Shown: positions 28,029 through 37,207 of the stretch, piece by piece | Position numbering within the stretch: the first letter of the stretch is position 1 | Layout: every line of letters starts with the position of its first letter | Assembly: GCA_963712305.1 (NCBI GenBank) | Contig: CAVQHI010000002.1 | Location: forward strand, 1,488,885 to 1,552,884 | Direction of reading: 5' to 3' | Length of the DNA stretch: 64,000 nucleotides | DNA from: an uncultured bacterium | Lineage (GTDB): Bacteria; Bacteroidota; Rhodothermia; Balneolales; DATFMH01 | Position numbers and translations under genes: made by a program | The notes under the pieces: generated by a model | Told to the model about the DNA's origin: nothing | What the model saw: only the letters and a program-made list of their open reading frames with translations | Database searches by the model: none

Positions 28029-29048
28029 ATGAAAAGGCTTTTTCCAAAAAGAACTATCTGGATTCTCCTTTGTCTGTTTCTTCTTGCTCAAGCCCAATGT
28101 TTTGCCAGTTCGAAGAATTCAACGACAAACGCATCTGCTCCCAAATACAAAACTCACTATACCGTAGCCAAAAACGGCAGCGGTGACTTTACATCCATCC
28201 AGGATGCCATTGATGCCTGCAAGTCATTTCCTTACAAGCGTATCACGATTTATATAAAGGACGGTGTATATCATGAAAAAGTGAAGGTGCCTTCCTGGAA
28301 TACTAAGATCACCATGATCGGAGAGAGTAAGGACAAAACGATCATCACTTATGGGGATTACTTTGATAAAATCAAACGCGGCCGCAATAGCACGTTTTTT
28401 ACATATACCTTGCGGGTTGATGGGAATGACTTCAGGGCAGAAAACCTGACGATCAAAAATAGCGCCGGACCGGTCGGACAGGCCGTGGCTTTGCATGTGG
28501 AGGCAGACCGCTGCACATTCGTGAACTGCCGCATCCTCGGCAACCAGGATACCGTATATCTTGCCGGAGAAAATTCCCGTGACTATTTCAAAGAATGTTA
28601 TATCGATGGAACAACAGATTACATTTTTGGACAGGCAACAGTGCTCTTTGAAAATTGTGCGATACAGAGCAAGGATAATTCGTATGTAACGGCAGCTTCA
28701 ACGCCTGAAGGAGTTCCATATGGCTTCGTCTTTAAAAACTGCAAGCTGACTGCAGCAAATGGAGTGAACGAAGTTTTCCTCGGACGTCCCTGGCGTGACT
28801 ATGCCAAGACGGTCTTTATTCATTGCTGGATGGGTAAACAGATACGCCCGGCGGGCTGGTATAACTGGAACAGTAAACGGGCTGAGAAGGAATCATTCTA
28901 TGCCGAATACAAGAGTGAAGGACCGGGTGCTGATGCATCGGCACGGGTTTCGTGGTCGCATCAGCTTACCGAAAAGCAAGCTGCAAAGTACACCATCAGT
29001 AATATTTTCGATGGCTGGAAACCGGAAATCAAGGAAATAGGGAAATGA
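28029..29048 (+). CDS. Pectin methylesterase (CE8), secreted
   Basis: The track ORF begins at TTG 27771 but runs through repeats. ATG 28029 gives MKRLFPKRTIWILLCLFLLAQAQCFA. CE8 motifs VAKNGSGDFTSIQDAIDA, GNQDTVY, DYIFGQ, LGRPWRDYAK. Confidence 0.9.
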   Translation: MKRLFPKRTIWILLCLFLLAQAQCFASSKNSTTNASAPKYKTHYTVAKNGSGDFTSIQDAIDACKSFPYKRITIYIKDGVYHEKVKVPSWNTKITMIGESKDKTIITYGDYFDKIKRGRNSTFFTYTLRVDGNDFRAENLTIKNSAGPVGQAVALHVEADRCTFVNCRILGNQDTVYLAGENSRDYFKECYIDGTTDYIFGQATVLFENCAIQSKDNSYVTAASTPEGVPYGFVFKNCKLTAANGVNEVFLGRPWRDYAKTVFIHCWMGKQIRPAGWYNWNSKRAEKESFYAEYKSEGPGADASARVSWSHQLTEKQAAKYTISNIFDGWKPEIKEIGK

Positions 29049-29101
29049 GGGAAACAGCGGTCAGACGGTTAGAACCGTCAGACCGTTATAGGAATCCCAT
29101 A

Positions 29102-29126
29102 TGTCGCAAGTTTGCAACTTGTGACA
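29102..29126. repeat. 25-nt hairpin repeat TGTCGCAAGTTTGCAACTTGTGACA (copy 2)
   Basis: Identical to 22110-22134. It lies after the CE8 stop, inside a ~160-bp block of further hairpins (29049-29205). Confidence 0.9.
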
Positions 29127-29275
29127 CAGCACTACGCCAGTCAGGTCACAAGTCACAGACTTGCGACCTGATGCGGCGGTCATCCTGAAAGTTTTCGGGA
29201 TAAACCGTCAGGCTGCTTTAATAATGATAACGGTCTGGCAACTTATAATAATCAACTATCCAACCCTGGCATTTG

Positions 29276-30058
29276 ATGAAGGTAGATTTTATAAAAAAGC
29301 CAATCTTGAAATTCAGCGTGATCGGCATTTTGCTGCTGCTCACCGGATTTTCTGCCATAAAACCGAAGAAAATCACCGTATATCTTATTGGCGATTCGAC
29401 GGTAGCCGACAAAGAGGTGAAAGCCTATCCGGAGACCGGCTGGGGAATGCCGTTTCACTACTTTTTTGATTCCGGTGTCACTGTGGATAATCGTGCTAAA
29501 AACGGCCGGAGCACACGGACTTTCCTGGAAGAAGGCCGCTGGAAACCGGTAGTGGAACACTTGCAAAAGGGAGACTATGTACTCGTTCAATTTGGCCACA
29601 ATGATGAGGTCAAAACCAAGAAAAGCTATACAACTCCAGACCAATTCACGGCAAACCTTGTTAAGTATGTTACCGAAACAAGAGACAAAGGAGCACATCC
29701 TGTCCTGATTACCCCTGTTGCACGCAGGCGGTTCGATTCAAATGGTCGCGTCGTAGAAACACATGCCTTTTACGCCGGACTCGTTCGCGATGTGGCACGC
29801 AAATATCATGTTCCCCTGATTGATCTCGATAAAACCAGCCAGGCTCTTTTACAGAAATTTGGTCCCGAAGATTCGAAGTATCTGTTCAACCATCTGGCAC
29901 CGGGAGAGAATCCACACTATCCCGATGGAAGACAGGACAATACGCATTTCAGTGAACTCGGCGCCCGAAAGATGGCAGAATTGGTACTGGATGGGATAAA
30001 AGAATTGCACCTTGGACTGGCACAAAGAATCAGGCAGGTACAGCCTAAAGCAAAATAG
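29276..30058 (+). CDS. Rhamnogalacturonan acetylesterase (CE12, SGNH fold)
   Basis: TTG 29273 / ATG 29276. VYLIGDSTVADK...TGWGMPF...NRAKNGRSTRTF...VLVQFGHNDE...DNTHFSELGA, the typical RhgT/YesT pattern. Confidence 0.85.
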   Translation: MKVDFIKKPILKFSVIGILLLLTGFSAIKPKKITVYLIGDSTVADKEVKAYPETGWGMPFHYFFDSGVTVDNRAKNGRSTRTFLEEGRWKPVVEHLQKGDYVLVQFGHNDEVKTKKSYTTPDQFTANLVKYVTETRDKGAHPVLITPVARRRFDSNGRVVETHAFYAGLVRDVARKYHVPLIDLDKTSQALLQKFGPEDSKYLFNHLAPGENPHYPDGRQDNTHFSELGARKMAELVLDGIKELHLGLAQRIRQVQPKAK

Positions 30059-30268
30059 AACTGATGAACCATGTATAAAATCATGAACGACTATCTCTGT
30101 AATGCCACACGGTATAAAAAGACACAGTGTGCACAAAGATAACACCGAGAACCCCAGAGAGAAATCCAGGATAGGTCTTTGTGGTCCTCTGAGATTCTTG
30201 GGTTACGTAATATGTTGCTGTCAAAGTGAATCATGGCGGATAGTCGTCATTAAATTATCCAACGTAAG

Positions 30269-31027
30269 ATGAATAAAAACAGATATAAAATTGTCGGCGT
30301 TATTGGTGTTCTGTTGCTCTTGCTTATGCCCCATCCTAAAAAGAAAGTAACTGTATGGATGATTGGGGATTCTACGATGTGCCAATACAAACCGAACCGT
30401 TTTCCACTAACAGGCTGGGGAATGAAGTTTGCCGACTATTTTGATTCATCAGTTACCATTAAAAACAGGGCGAAAGGCGGTCGAAGTACCCGGACATTTC
30501 TTTCGCAAGGCCGCTGGAAACCTATTGTCGACAGCCTTCAGGAAGGCGATTATGTAATCATTCAGTTTGGTCACAACGATGAGGCAAAAGATTACCCCGA
30601 TCGATATACGCCGCCTGATGATTACCGTAAAAACCTGATCAAATTCATAACCGAGACCCGCAGCAAAAAAGCTATCCCGGTTTTAATTAGCCCGGTTTCT
30701 CGTCGCTATTTTGATAGTTTCGGTCATATCAGGGAAACACATAAGCCTTACTCGGGAATTGTCAGGGATCTTGCAAGGAAATACAATGTGCCTGTGATTG
30801 ATCTGGATGAAATGAGTCGGAAACTATTTCAAAAGTACGGACCAGTGAATTCAAAACTGTTGTTCATGCAACTCAACAAGGGAGAGAATCCCAATTATCC
30901 GAATGGGATACACGACAACACCCATTTCAATGCTTATGGTGCCCGGCATGTTGCAGAGTTGGTTCTGCAGGGCGTTGAAAATAATAAAGCACTCTCCAGG
31001 CTGTGCAGTAGAATAGTTACGAGATAG
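30269..31027 (+). CDS. Rhamnogalacturonan acetylesterase (CE12), paralog of the preceding gene
   Basis: VWMIGDSTMCQYK...TGWGMKF...NRAKGGRSTRTF...VIIQFGHNDE...DNTHFNAYGA. Collinear with 29276..30058. Confidence 0.85.
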   Translation: MNKNRYKIVGVIGVLLLLLMPHPKKKVTVWMIGDSTMCQYKPNRFPLTGWGMKFADYFDSSVTIKNRAKGGRSTRTFLSQGRWKPIVDSLQEGDYVIIQFGHNDEAKDYPDRYTPPDDYRKNLIKFITETRSKKAIPVLISPVSRRYFDSFGHIRETHKPYSGIVRDLARKYNVPVIDLDEMSRKLFQKYGPVNSKLLFMQLNKGENPNYPNGIHDNTHFNAYGARHVAELVLQGVENNKALSRLCSRIVTR

Positions 31028-31062
31028 AGGGATATGGGAAATATGTGAATAAGGGAAATCTG

Positions 31063-32031
31063 ATGAATCGTACTGTTATAGTAAGTGTTATCCTGGTTGT
31101 TATGATTGGGTCTTGTGCACATAAGAACAAACGCATCGTCGTTGCAAAGGATGGTAGTGGCGATTTTACATCTGTACAAGCTGCTTTTGACTCAGTCCCG
31201 TTGAACAACACTACACCTGTTATCATCTATATAAAAGACGGCGTGTACAAAGAGAAGTTGCATCTTGATTCCACCAAGAGTAATGTCACGCTTATTGGAC
31301 AGGATCGCTTCAAGACGATTCTTACCTATGATGATCACACGGGAAAAGTTATTGCTCCCGGAGACACGATCAACACACGGACATCCCACAGTTTCCTGAT
31401 AGCAGCTAATAACTTCACCGCGATAAATATCACATTTCAAAACAATGCTGGTTTTTATGCGGGCCAGGCAGTTGCCGTCGAAGTTCTGGGGGACAAAGCG
31501 GCGTTTATCGATTGCCGAATCATTGGGAATCAGGATATATTATTCACAAATAATCCCAACAGCCGTGAATATTATAGAAACTGTTATCTGGAAGGAACGA
31601 CAGATTTTATCTTTGGCAATGCCACAGCATTCTTTGACCAGTGTCATATTCATAGCAAAAAGGACTCTCATGTTACAGCGGCATCAACGCCCGAAGATCA
31701 TCCCTTCGGCTATGTCTTTTACGATTGTGAGTTGACGGGCGACACAACTGTAACAAATGCCTCACTCGGCAGACCCTGGCGTGCTTATGCAAGCGTAACT
31801 TACCTGCATTGTTATATCGGCAGGCATATCCGGAAGGAGGGATGGTCGAACTGGCACGACACGGACAGGTACAAAACAGCACGATATTCCGAGTATGAAG
31901 ACTACGGTCCGGGAGCAGACACGGCAGACCGGGTATCATGGTCACATCAGTTAACCGACCAAGAGGCAAAGAAATACACGATTGAGAACGTATTGAATGG
32001 CTGGATACCGCCTGATAGCAAGTGGGAATGA
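31063..32031 (+). CDS. Pectin methylesterase (CE8), second copy
   Basis: GTG 31045 in the track; the first ATG is at 31063. VAKDGSGDFTSVQAAFDS, GNQDILF, DFIFGN, LGRPWRAYAS. Confidence 0.88.
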   Translation: MNRTVIVSVILVVMIGSCAHKNKRIVVAKDGSGDFTSVQAAFDSVPLNNTTPVIIYIKDGVYKEKLHLDSTKSNVTLIGQDRFKTILTYDDHTGKVIAPGDTINTRTSHSFLIAANNFTAINITFQNNAGFYAGQAVAVEVLGDKAAFIDCRIIGNQDILFTNNPNSREYYRNCYLEGTTDFIFGNATAFFDQCHIHSKKDSHVTAASTPEDHPFGYVFYDCELTGDTTVTNASLGRPWRAYASVTYLHCYIGRHIRKEGWSNWHDTDRYKTARYSEYEDYGPGADTADRVSWSHQLTDQEAKKYTIENVLNGWIPPDSKWE

Positions 32032-32032
32032 A

Positions 32033-32154
32033 TGTCATTGCGAGTCGTACCGATAGGGCGACGAGGCAATCTCGCATGTATTCGGCAACGATCGTTGCAG
32101 GATGCGAAACGAGATCCTACGTCGGTTTGCAAGCAAACCGACATCAGGATGACA
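32033..32154 (+). repeat. MITE-like GC-rich element (family A, copy E1), bounded by TGTCAT...ATGACA
   Basis: Starts 2 nt after the CE8 stop. It contains a perfect 10-bp palindrome GTCGGTTTGC/GCAAACCGAC (32121-32142). It shares the blocks GTTGCAGGA, AACGAGATCC and CAGGATGA with 59506-59648. It shares the GAATGTCAT...ATGACAGTT termini with 59743-59876. Confidence 0.7.
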
Positions 32155-32306
32155 GTTTAATTGAATAAGAGTGAGCTTTTTATGAAGAAATCCAGAAATA
32201 TGGAAATGTACTGCAAGTCCATGTCAGTCAACAACCCACAAGTATGAACAAACCTTATGTCGCTCAGAATATTGAGGTAACTTGTGAGCAACCGAAGTAA
32301 CCAATT

Positions 32307-34322
32307 ATGAAAAGATTAATAAGATTTGTCCTGGTGACCGGCGTATTCATGATTATCATATCTGGACATTCTTATGCTCAGCATAAATACGATGTATTGC
32401 CTTGGAAAAGTCACGTCTCCCTGTTTCAATACCTGATGCAGCAGGTTGATCGCCAGTATGACCAGCGTTTGGATAATCTGAATGCGGCGATAGAATCTCC
32501 GGTTTCCATGCGCCAGTATCGCAACAGCCGAAAAGAGCGGTTTTTAAACTTACTGGGACAGCTCCCCCACAAAGCGCCATTAGATGTCAAGATAACTGGA
32601 AAAATAAAACGCGACGGCTATCACATTGAAAAAGTGATTTATCAGAGCTTCCCACACCATCACGTGACGGCAAACCTGTATGTTTCGGATAATACAAGGG
32701 GCAAGGTGCCCGGTGTCCTCTTTTTCTGCGGACATGAGATGACCTCCAAGGCCACCGAATCCTATCAAAAAACGGCTATCCTTTTTGCAACTCACGGATT
32801 CGTTGTTCTGGTCATCGATCCTATTTCACAGAGCGAGCGAATTCAGCTGACCGACAAACAAGGAATTAATCTAACACGCGGAGCGACGACCGAGCACACG
32901 ATGCTAAACGCAGGATCTAATCTGGTCGGTACCAGCGTTGTTGCGTATCAACTCTGGGATAATGAACGGGGACTCGACTACTTGTTATCCAGACCGGAAG
33001 TTGATACCACGAGAATAGGTGTTGTAGGAAATTCGGGAGGTGGAACACAGGCGACCTATTTTATGGCCTATGAACCCCGGGCAAAAGTAGCTGTTCCATG
33101 CAGTTTTGTAACAAGAAGGGCAAATGTATTCCAAACCATTGGCCCTCAAGATGGCTGCTGGTGGATTCCATTTGAAGGTAGCGATCGATTGGATATCGGC
33201 GACTTTTTGATAATGCACGCCCCACAGCCATTGTTGATCTTGTCAGCCCGCTACGACTTTTTTGACTATGCAGGAACAAAGGAAACTTACGAAAAGATGA
33301 AACAGGTGTACCGGGTTTTTGGCGCTCCGGAGAAAGTGATGAAGTTTACCTGGAGTGATGGTCATGGCATCTCAAAACCAAAAAGAGAAGCTGCTGTAAC
33401 CTGGTTTCGCAGGTGGTTTTATCAGGACACTACCAAAGTGAAAGAGGGGGATCTCCAGATTTTGTCACCCGGAGAACTGCAATGCACAAAAACAGGACAA
33501 GTTAATACCAGTTTTCCGGATGAAGTGGATGTTCAGGATCACAATCTGGCGATAGCCGACAGTCTGAAGCAGGTTAGAAAAGCTTTTCATAAACAAAGTA
33601 CACGAACCGAATTCTTGACTCAGATTCGCAAGACACTGGGTCTGCCAGGAAAAGAAACCACCAAAGTCGAACCTGAATGGCGTGGAGAAGTCAGCAACGG
33701 ATCGGTCACTTTTAAAAAAGTGATCATTCGTAGGGAAGGCCAGATTCCACTTCCGGCTCTTGTTGCCTATCCCAAACAGGAAACCGGCATTAGAAAAGTC
33801 GTTGTCTGGTTTGATGAAAAAGGGAAATCAGTCGTAGCGGACAGCACAGATCTCATCAAAAAATACTTGAATAATAGAGATGCAGTGATTCTGGCTGATA
33901 TGCGCGGTATGGGCGAGGCTGAAGATCCCAAAGAGTACAATGCATCCAAATACTTCGATCACGAATATAGAAATGTGATGATCTCGCTGCATATCGGCCG
34001 TCCACTGTTAGGTCAGCGGGTCGAGGATGTGATGACAGTGATGGATTTTATACGCACTCAGGATCCGCTAAAAGATAAAGCTGTTGAAATCCACGCAACC
34101 GGAATTGCTGCTCCGGCTGTTTTACATGCTGCAGTTTTTGATCACCAGATATCAAAACTCTATCTGTCCCATACAATTACCAGTTATCACTATATCCTGG
34201 AACATCCTATGATGATGGATGCGTATTCGTATGTATTGCCAAACGTTCTGAGATATTACGACTTGCCGGATTTAGTTAGCCTGATCGGCAAATCCAGAGT
34301 GCTGTACAGTGACACCTTTTAG
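32307..34322 (+). CDS. Alpha/beta-fold hydrolase (putative carbohydrate esterase), two-domain
   Basis: 671 aa with a signal peptide. The N-half has the nucleophile elbow VVGNSGGGTQATYF and an AXE1/dienelactone-hydrolase-like context (VLFFCGHEM...HGFVVLVIDP). The C-half looks like a second alpha/beta fold without a GxSxG serine (HATGIAAP). Confidence 0.65.
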   Translation: MKRLIRFVLVTGVFMIIISGHSYAQHKYDVLPWKSHVSLFQYLMQQVDRQYDQRLDNLNAAIESPVSMRQYRNSRKERFLNLLGQLPHKAPLDVKITGKIKRDGYHIEKVIYQSFPHHHVTANLYVSDNTRGKVPGVLFFCGHEMTSKATESYQKTAILFATHGFVVLVIDPISQSERIQLTDKQGINLTRGATTEHTMLNAGSNLVGTSVVAYQLWDNERGLDYLLSRPEVDTTRIGVVGNSGGGTQATYFMAYEPRAKVAVPCSFVTRRANVFQTIGPQDGCWWIPFEGSDRLDIGDFLIMHAPQPLLILSARYDFFDYAGTKETYEKMKQVYRVFGAPEKVMKFTWSDGHGISKPKREAAVTWFRRWFYQDTTKVKEGDLQILSPGELQCTKTGQVNTSFPDEVDVQDHNLAIADSLKQVRKAFHKQSTRTEFLTQIRKTLGLPGKETTKVEPEWRGEVSNGSVTFKKVIIRREGQIPLPALVAYPKQETGIRKVVVWFDEKGKSVVADSTDLIKKYLNNRDAVILADMRGMGEAEDPKEYNASKYFDHEYRNVMISLHIGRPLLGQRVEDVMTVMDFIRTQDPLKDKAVEIHATGIAAPAVLHAAVFDHQISKLYLSHTITSYHYILEHPMMMDAYSYVLPNVLRYYDLPDLVSLIGKSRVLYSDTF

Positions 34323-34398
34323 ATTTAAGATGTGCGCATAACAGTTCATAGTTGATAGACTCCATAATGACAACTGAAGTACTATCAACTAATATCTT

Positions 34399-35205
34399 TT
34401 ATTTATGCTGACGAAACAGCCACGCCATCACCTGCGGATCACTATAAGCTCCAAGCCATGAATAATGACCTACGGCGGGATAGACCGTGTATCCGGGATG
34501 TGCGCCGGCTTTAAGCAGTGCGTTGATCATTGCATGGGAATAATTTGGATCGACAGCCGCGTCTTCAGCTCCATGGAAATCCCAGATCGGAATATGTGCA
34601 ATTCGATCGGCTTTCGACGGATCACCTCCACCGGCAACCGGGATGGCAGCGGCAAACAAGTCCGGCCAGCGTTCGATGGCGTCATACGTCCCAAAACCAC
34701 CCATTGATAATCCCGTAATATATATTCTTGACGAATCGACTGGAGCTTTCTTCATGAGTTCATGAACCAGTCCAATCACAAGTCTCATTGGCTCGGATGG
34801 CTCCGAAAGCATATGTAGTGTCTGATCCTTGCGGAATCCTGTAAAATTAGACCAACTCATGCTGTCCGGGCATTGTGGAGCCAGGACAAGCGCAGAATAT
34901 GCCATCATGTTCTGATCAGTCGCAAAGTTCATGACGCCCCATTTCAACTGCGCCTTGTTGTCGTGTCCCCGCTCGCCCGAACCGTGAAGGAAAATAACGA
35001 GTGGGTAGGTACGCAAAGTATCATAATCAGGATACAGAATTCGATAGTTAAGCGTGTCACCTTTTCCATCTGTGTACTGTTGAGCATCGAATCGAGATTC
35101 CTGGGCATGCGAGATGAGCGCAAAATTCAGCAGCGTAAGACCCGTTAGAATGATGCTGAAAATACTCTTGCTGTTGTTCCGGTGGGTAAAAACATTGATT
35201 GACAT
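34399..35205 (-). CDS. Alpha/beta hydrolase, phospholipase/carboxylesterase (CE1-like) family, secreted
   Basis: The track ORF extends to 35259. Internal ATG at 35205 gives MSINVFTHRNNSKSIFSIILTGLTLLNFALISHAQ. Motifs YPLVIFLHGSGERG, GLSMGGFGT (GxSxG), HGAEDAAV. Confidence 0.7.
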   Translation of the reverse strand: MSINVFTHRNNSKSIFSIILTGLTLLNFALISHAQESRFDAQQYTDGKGDTLNYRILYPDYDTLRTYPLVIFLHGSGERGHDNKAQLKWGVMNFATDQNMMAYSALVLAPQCPDSMSWSNFTGFRKDQTLHMLSEPSEPMRLVIGLVHELMKKAPVDSSRIYITGLSMGGFGTYDAIERWPDLFAAAIPVAGGGDPSKADRIAHIPIWDFHGAEDAAVDPNYSHAMINALLKAGAHPGYTVYPAVGHYSWLGAYSDPQVMAWLFRQHK

Positions 35206-35431
35206 GCAAAATCCTCCAAAAAGTTGTAATACAAAAGAAGGTATTAACATATTTAGCAAATAATTTTATCAAACAAAACAACCGTATCAATTGATTTGCA
35301 TGAGTTTGCAAGCATACTTGTGGTTTAGGAACAAATTAGATAAGCTTTCACCTGTGAATGAATGCCGTTTGATAAATGGAGATATCAGGGGTATAAGACT
35401 CATCTTTTTTTGAATTTTTAAAAATGGTGCC

Positions 35432-37075
35432 ATGCGAAAAGTATTCATTATTCTTATCCTGAGTGGATTTTTAGCTGTTTCAGGACATGCGCAATCCACA
35501 GATACAAACAGTAAACCACCTGTTGTGCAAACTGCGAATGGGGCTATCGAAGGAATCAACGATTCCGGAGTTCGCATATTTAAAGGGATTCCTTTTGCAC
35601 AACCGCCGGTCGGGGACTTGAGATGGAAGCAGCCGCAGCCTGTGAAAGATTGGAGTGGTGTGTTAAAGACACAAAATTTTGGTCCGGGGTGCATGCAGCG
35701 CCCGATATTCGGGGATATGAATTTCCGTTTTCCTAAAAAGAGTGAAAATTGTCTGTACCTGAATGTCTGGACGCCTGCAAAGAAAAGTGATGAGAAACTT
35801 CCTGTTCTGGTGTATTTCTATGGCGGCGGATTTATGGCTGGTGATGGATCAGAACCACGCTATGATGGAGAAAGCATGGCGCGCAACAAAGGTATTGTGG
35901 CCATCACAGCTAACTACCGGCTTAGTGTCTTTGGCTTTTTCTCTCATCCCGGACTGACAAAAGAATCTCCAAATAATGCTTCCGGAAATTATGGATTGAT
36001 GGATCAGGCGCAAGTCCTGCGTTGGGTTAAGAAAAATATCGCGGCTTTTGGCGGAGATCCTAATAAAGTAACGATAGACGGTGAGTCGGCCGGTTCTATA
36101 TCCGTTAGCGCACTGATGGCGTCACCTTTGTCAAAAGATTTATTCAGGGGGGCTGTCGGTGAAAGCGGTGGACTGTTCACCCCAATCACTCCAACGCCTT
36201 TAAAAAAGACTGAGGAAGACGGAGTTAAATTCGAAAAGATGGTTGGTGCAAAGTCACTTTCAGATTTACGAAATATGTCAGCCGAGGATCTGCTCAAAGC
36301 AACGGGGCAAAAGGGAGCACCACGCTTTTGGCCAAATGTTGACGGCTATTTTCTGCCAAAAACGCCAAAAGAGATTTTTTCGGAAGGGAATCAGGCTCAT
36401 GTGCCATTGCTGCTTGGATGGAATTCCGAAGAGATGAATTTTATGGCTTTTTTGCGGGGCAATAAACCCACGCCTGAGAATTTCGTTGATGCAGTGAAGA
36501 ATATGTACGGTAAAAATGCCGACGAAATGCTAAAACTGTTTCCTCATTCAAATGAACAGGAAGTCGTGGAATCAGCTACTAACCTTGCCAGTGATAACTT
36601 TACGTTATTCAGTACATGGAAATGGGCAGAACTTCAGAGCAAAACGGGCGGAAAACCAGTGTACCGTTATTTCTATTCCCGTCCGCGTCCACCTATGAAT
36701 GCGAGCATGGGTAATGCCAGAGCGGGACTTGCCGGTGGTGTTGTGAAGGGTGATAAATCGGATACCACAAAACCAAAACCTGCATCTGGTGCCGTTCATT
36801 CAGCGGAGATCGAATATGTGATGGGGAATCTGCCCACAAACAAGGTTTACGCCTGGACGGCAGACGACTACAAGGTTTCTAATATTTTCCAGGATTTTGT
36901 TGCCAATTTTGTCAAGACCGGGGATCCTAACGGTCTCGGTTTGCCAACATGGGTTCCTTTCAATGAAGGGGTGAATCACCCGGTTATGCAGATTGATGTC
37001 AATACCTATCTGCGACCCGCAAAGCATCGTGAACAGTTATTGTATCTCGATAAATTATTCAACAGCAACAAATAG
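35432..37075 (+). CDS. Carboxylesterase type B (para-nitrobenzyl esterase-like), secreted
   Basis: 547 aa. FKGIPFAQPPVGDLRWKQPQP, ENCLYLNVWTP, VYFYGGGF, nucleophile elbow GESAGS. Confidence 0.88.
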   Translation: MRKVFIILILSGFLAVSGHAQSTDTNSKPPVVQTANGAIEGINDSGVRIFKGIPFAQPPVGDLRWKQPQPVKDWSGVLKTQNFGPGCMQRPIFGDMNFRFPKKSENCLYLNVWTPAKKSDEKLPVLVYFYGGGFMAGDGSEPRYDGESMARNKGIVAITANYRLSVFGFFSHPGLTKESPNNASGNYGLMDQAQVLRWVKKNIAAFGGDPNKVTIDGESAGSISVSALMASPLSKDLFRGAVGESGGLFTPITPTPLKKTEEDGVKFEKMVGAKSLSDLRNMSAEDLLKATGQKGAPRFWPNVDGYFLPKTPKEIFSEGNQAHVPLLLGWNSEEMNFMAFLRGNKPTPENFVDAVKNMYGKNADEMLKLFPHSNEQEVVESATNLASDNFTLFSTWKWAELQSKTGGKPVYRYFYSRPRPPMNASMGNARAGLAGGVVKGDKSDTTKPKPASGAVHSAEIEYVMGNLPTNKVYAWTADDYKVSNIFQDFVANFVKTGDPNGLGLPTWVPFNEGVNHPVMQIDVNTYLRPAKHREQLLYLDKLFNSNK

Positions 37076-37170
37076 ATAACCACAGGTTTCAGGTAAAATC
37101 AGTCATCTATAATTCATTCTCCCAATCTCATTATGAGGTCTACTTGGAGAGAATGAATTAAAAATTGTTG

Positions 37171-37207
37171 GGCCGATCGGCGATTTCTTCGTCTATCGGC
37201 CTTTTTA
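37171..37207 (+). terminator. Rho-independent terminator after the carboxylesterase gene
   Basis: GGCCGAT...ATCGGCC stem followed by TTTTTA. A further imperfect hairpin AATTCATTCTCCCAA/TTGGAGAGAATGAATT lies at about 37110-37160. Confidence 0.65.

Noticed and set aside
29161-29698. ORFs 29161..29469 (+) and 29252..29698 (-) around the first CE12 start
   Set aside because: They overlap the well-supported CE12 frame and the upstream repeat block, and no motif supports either.
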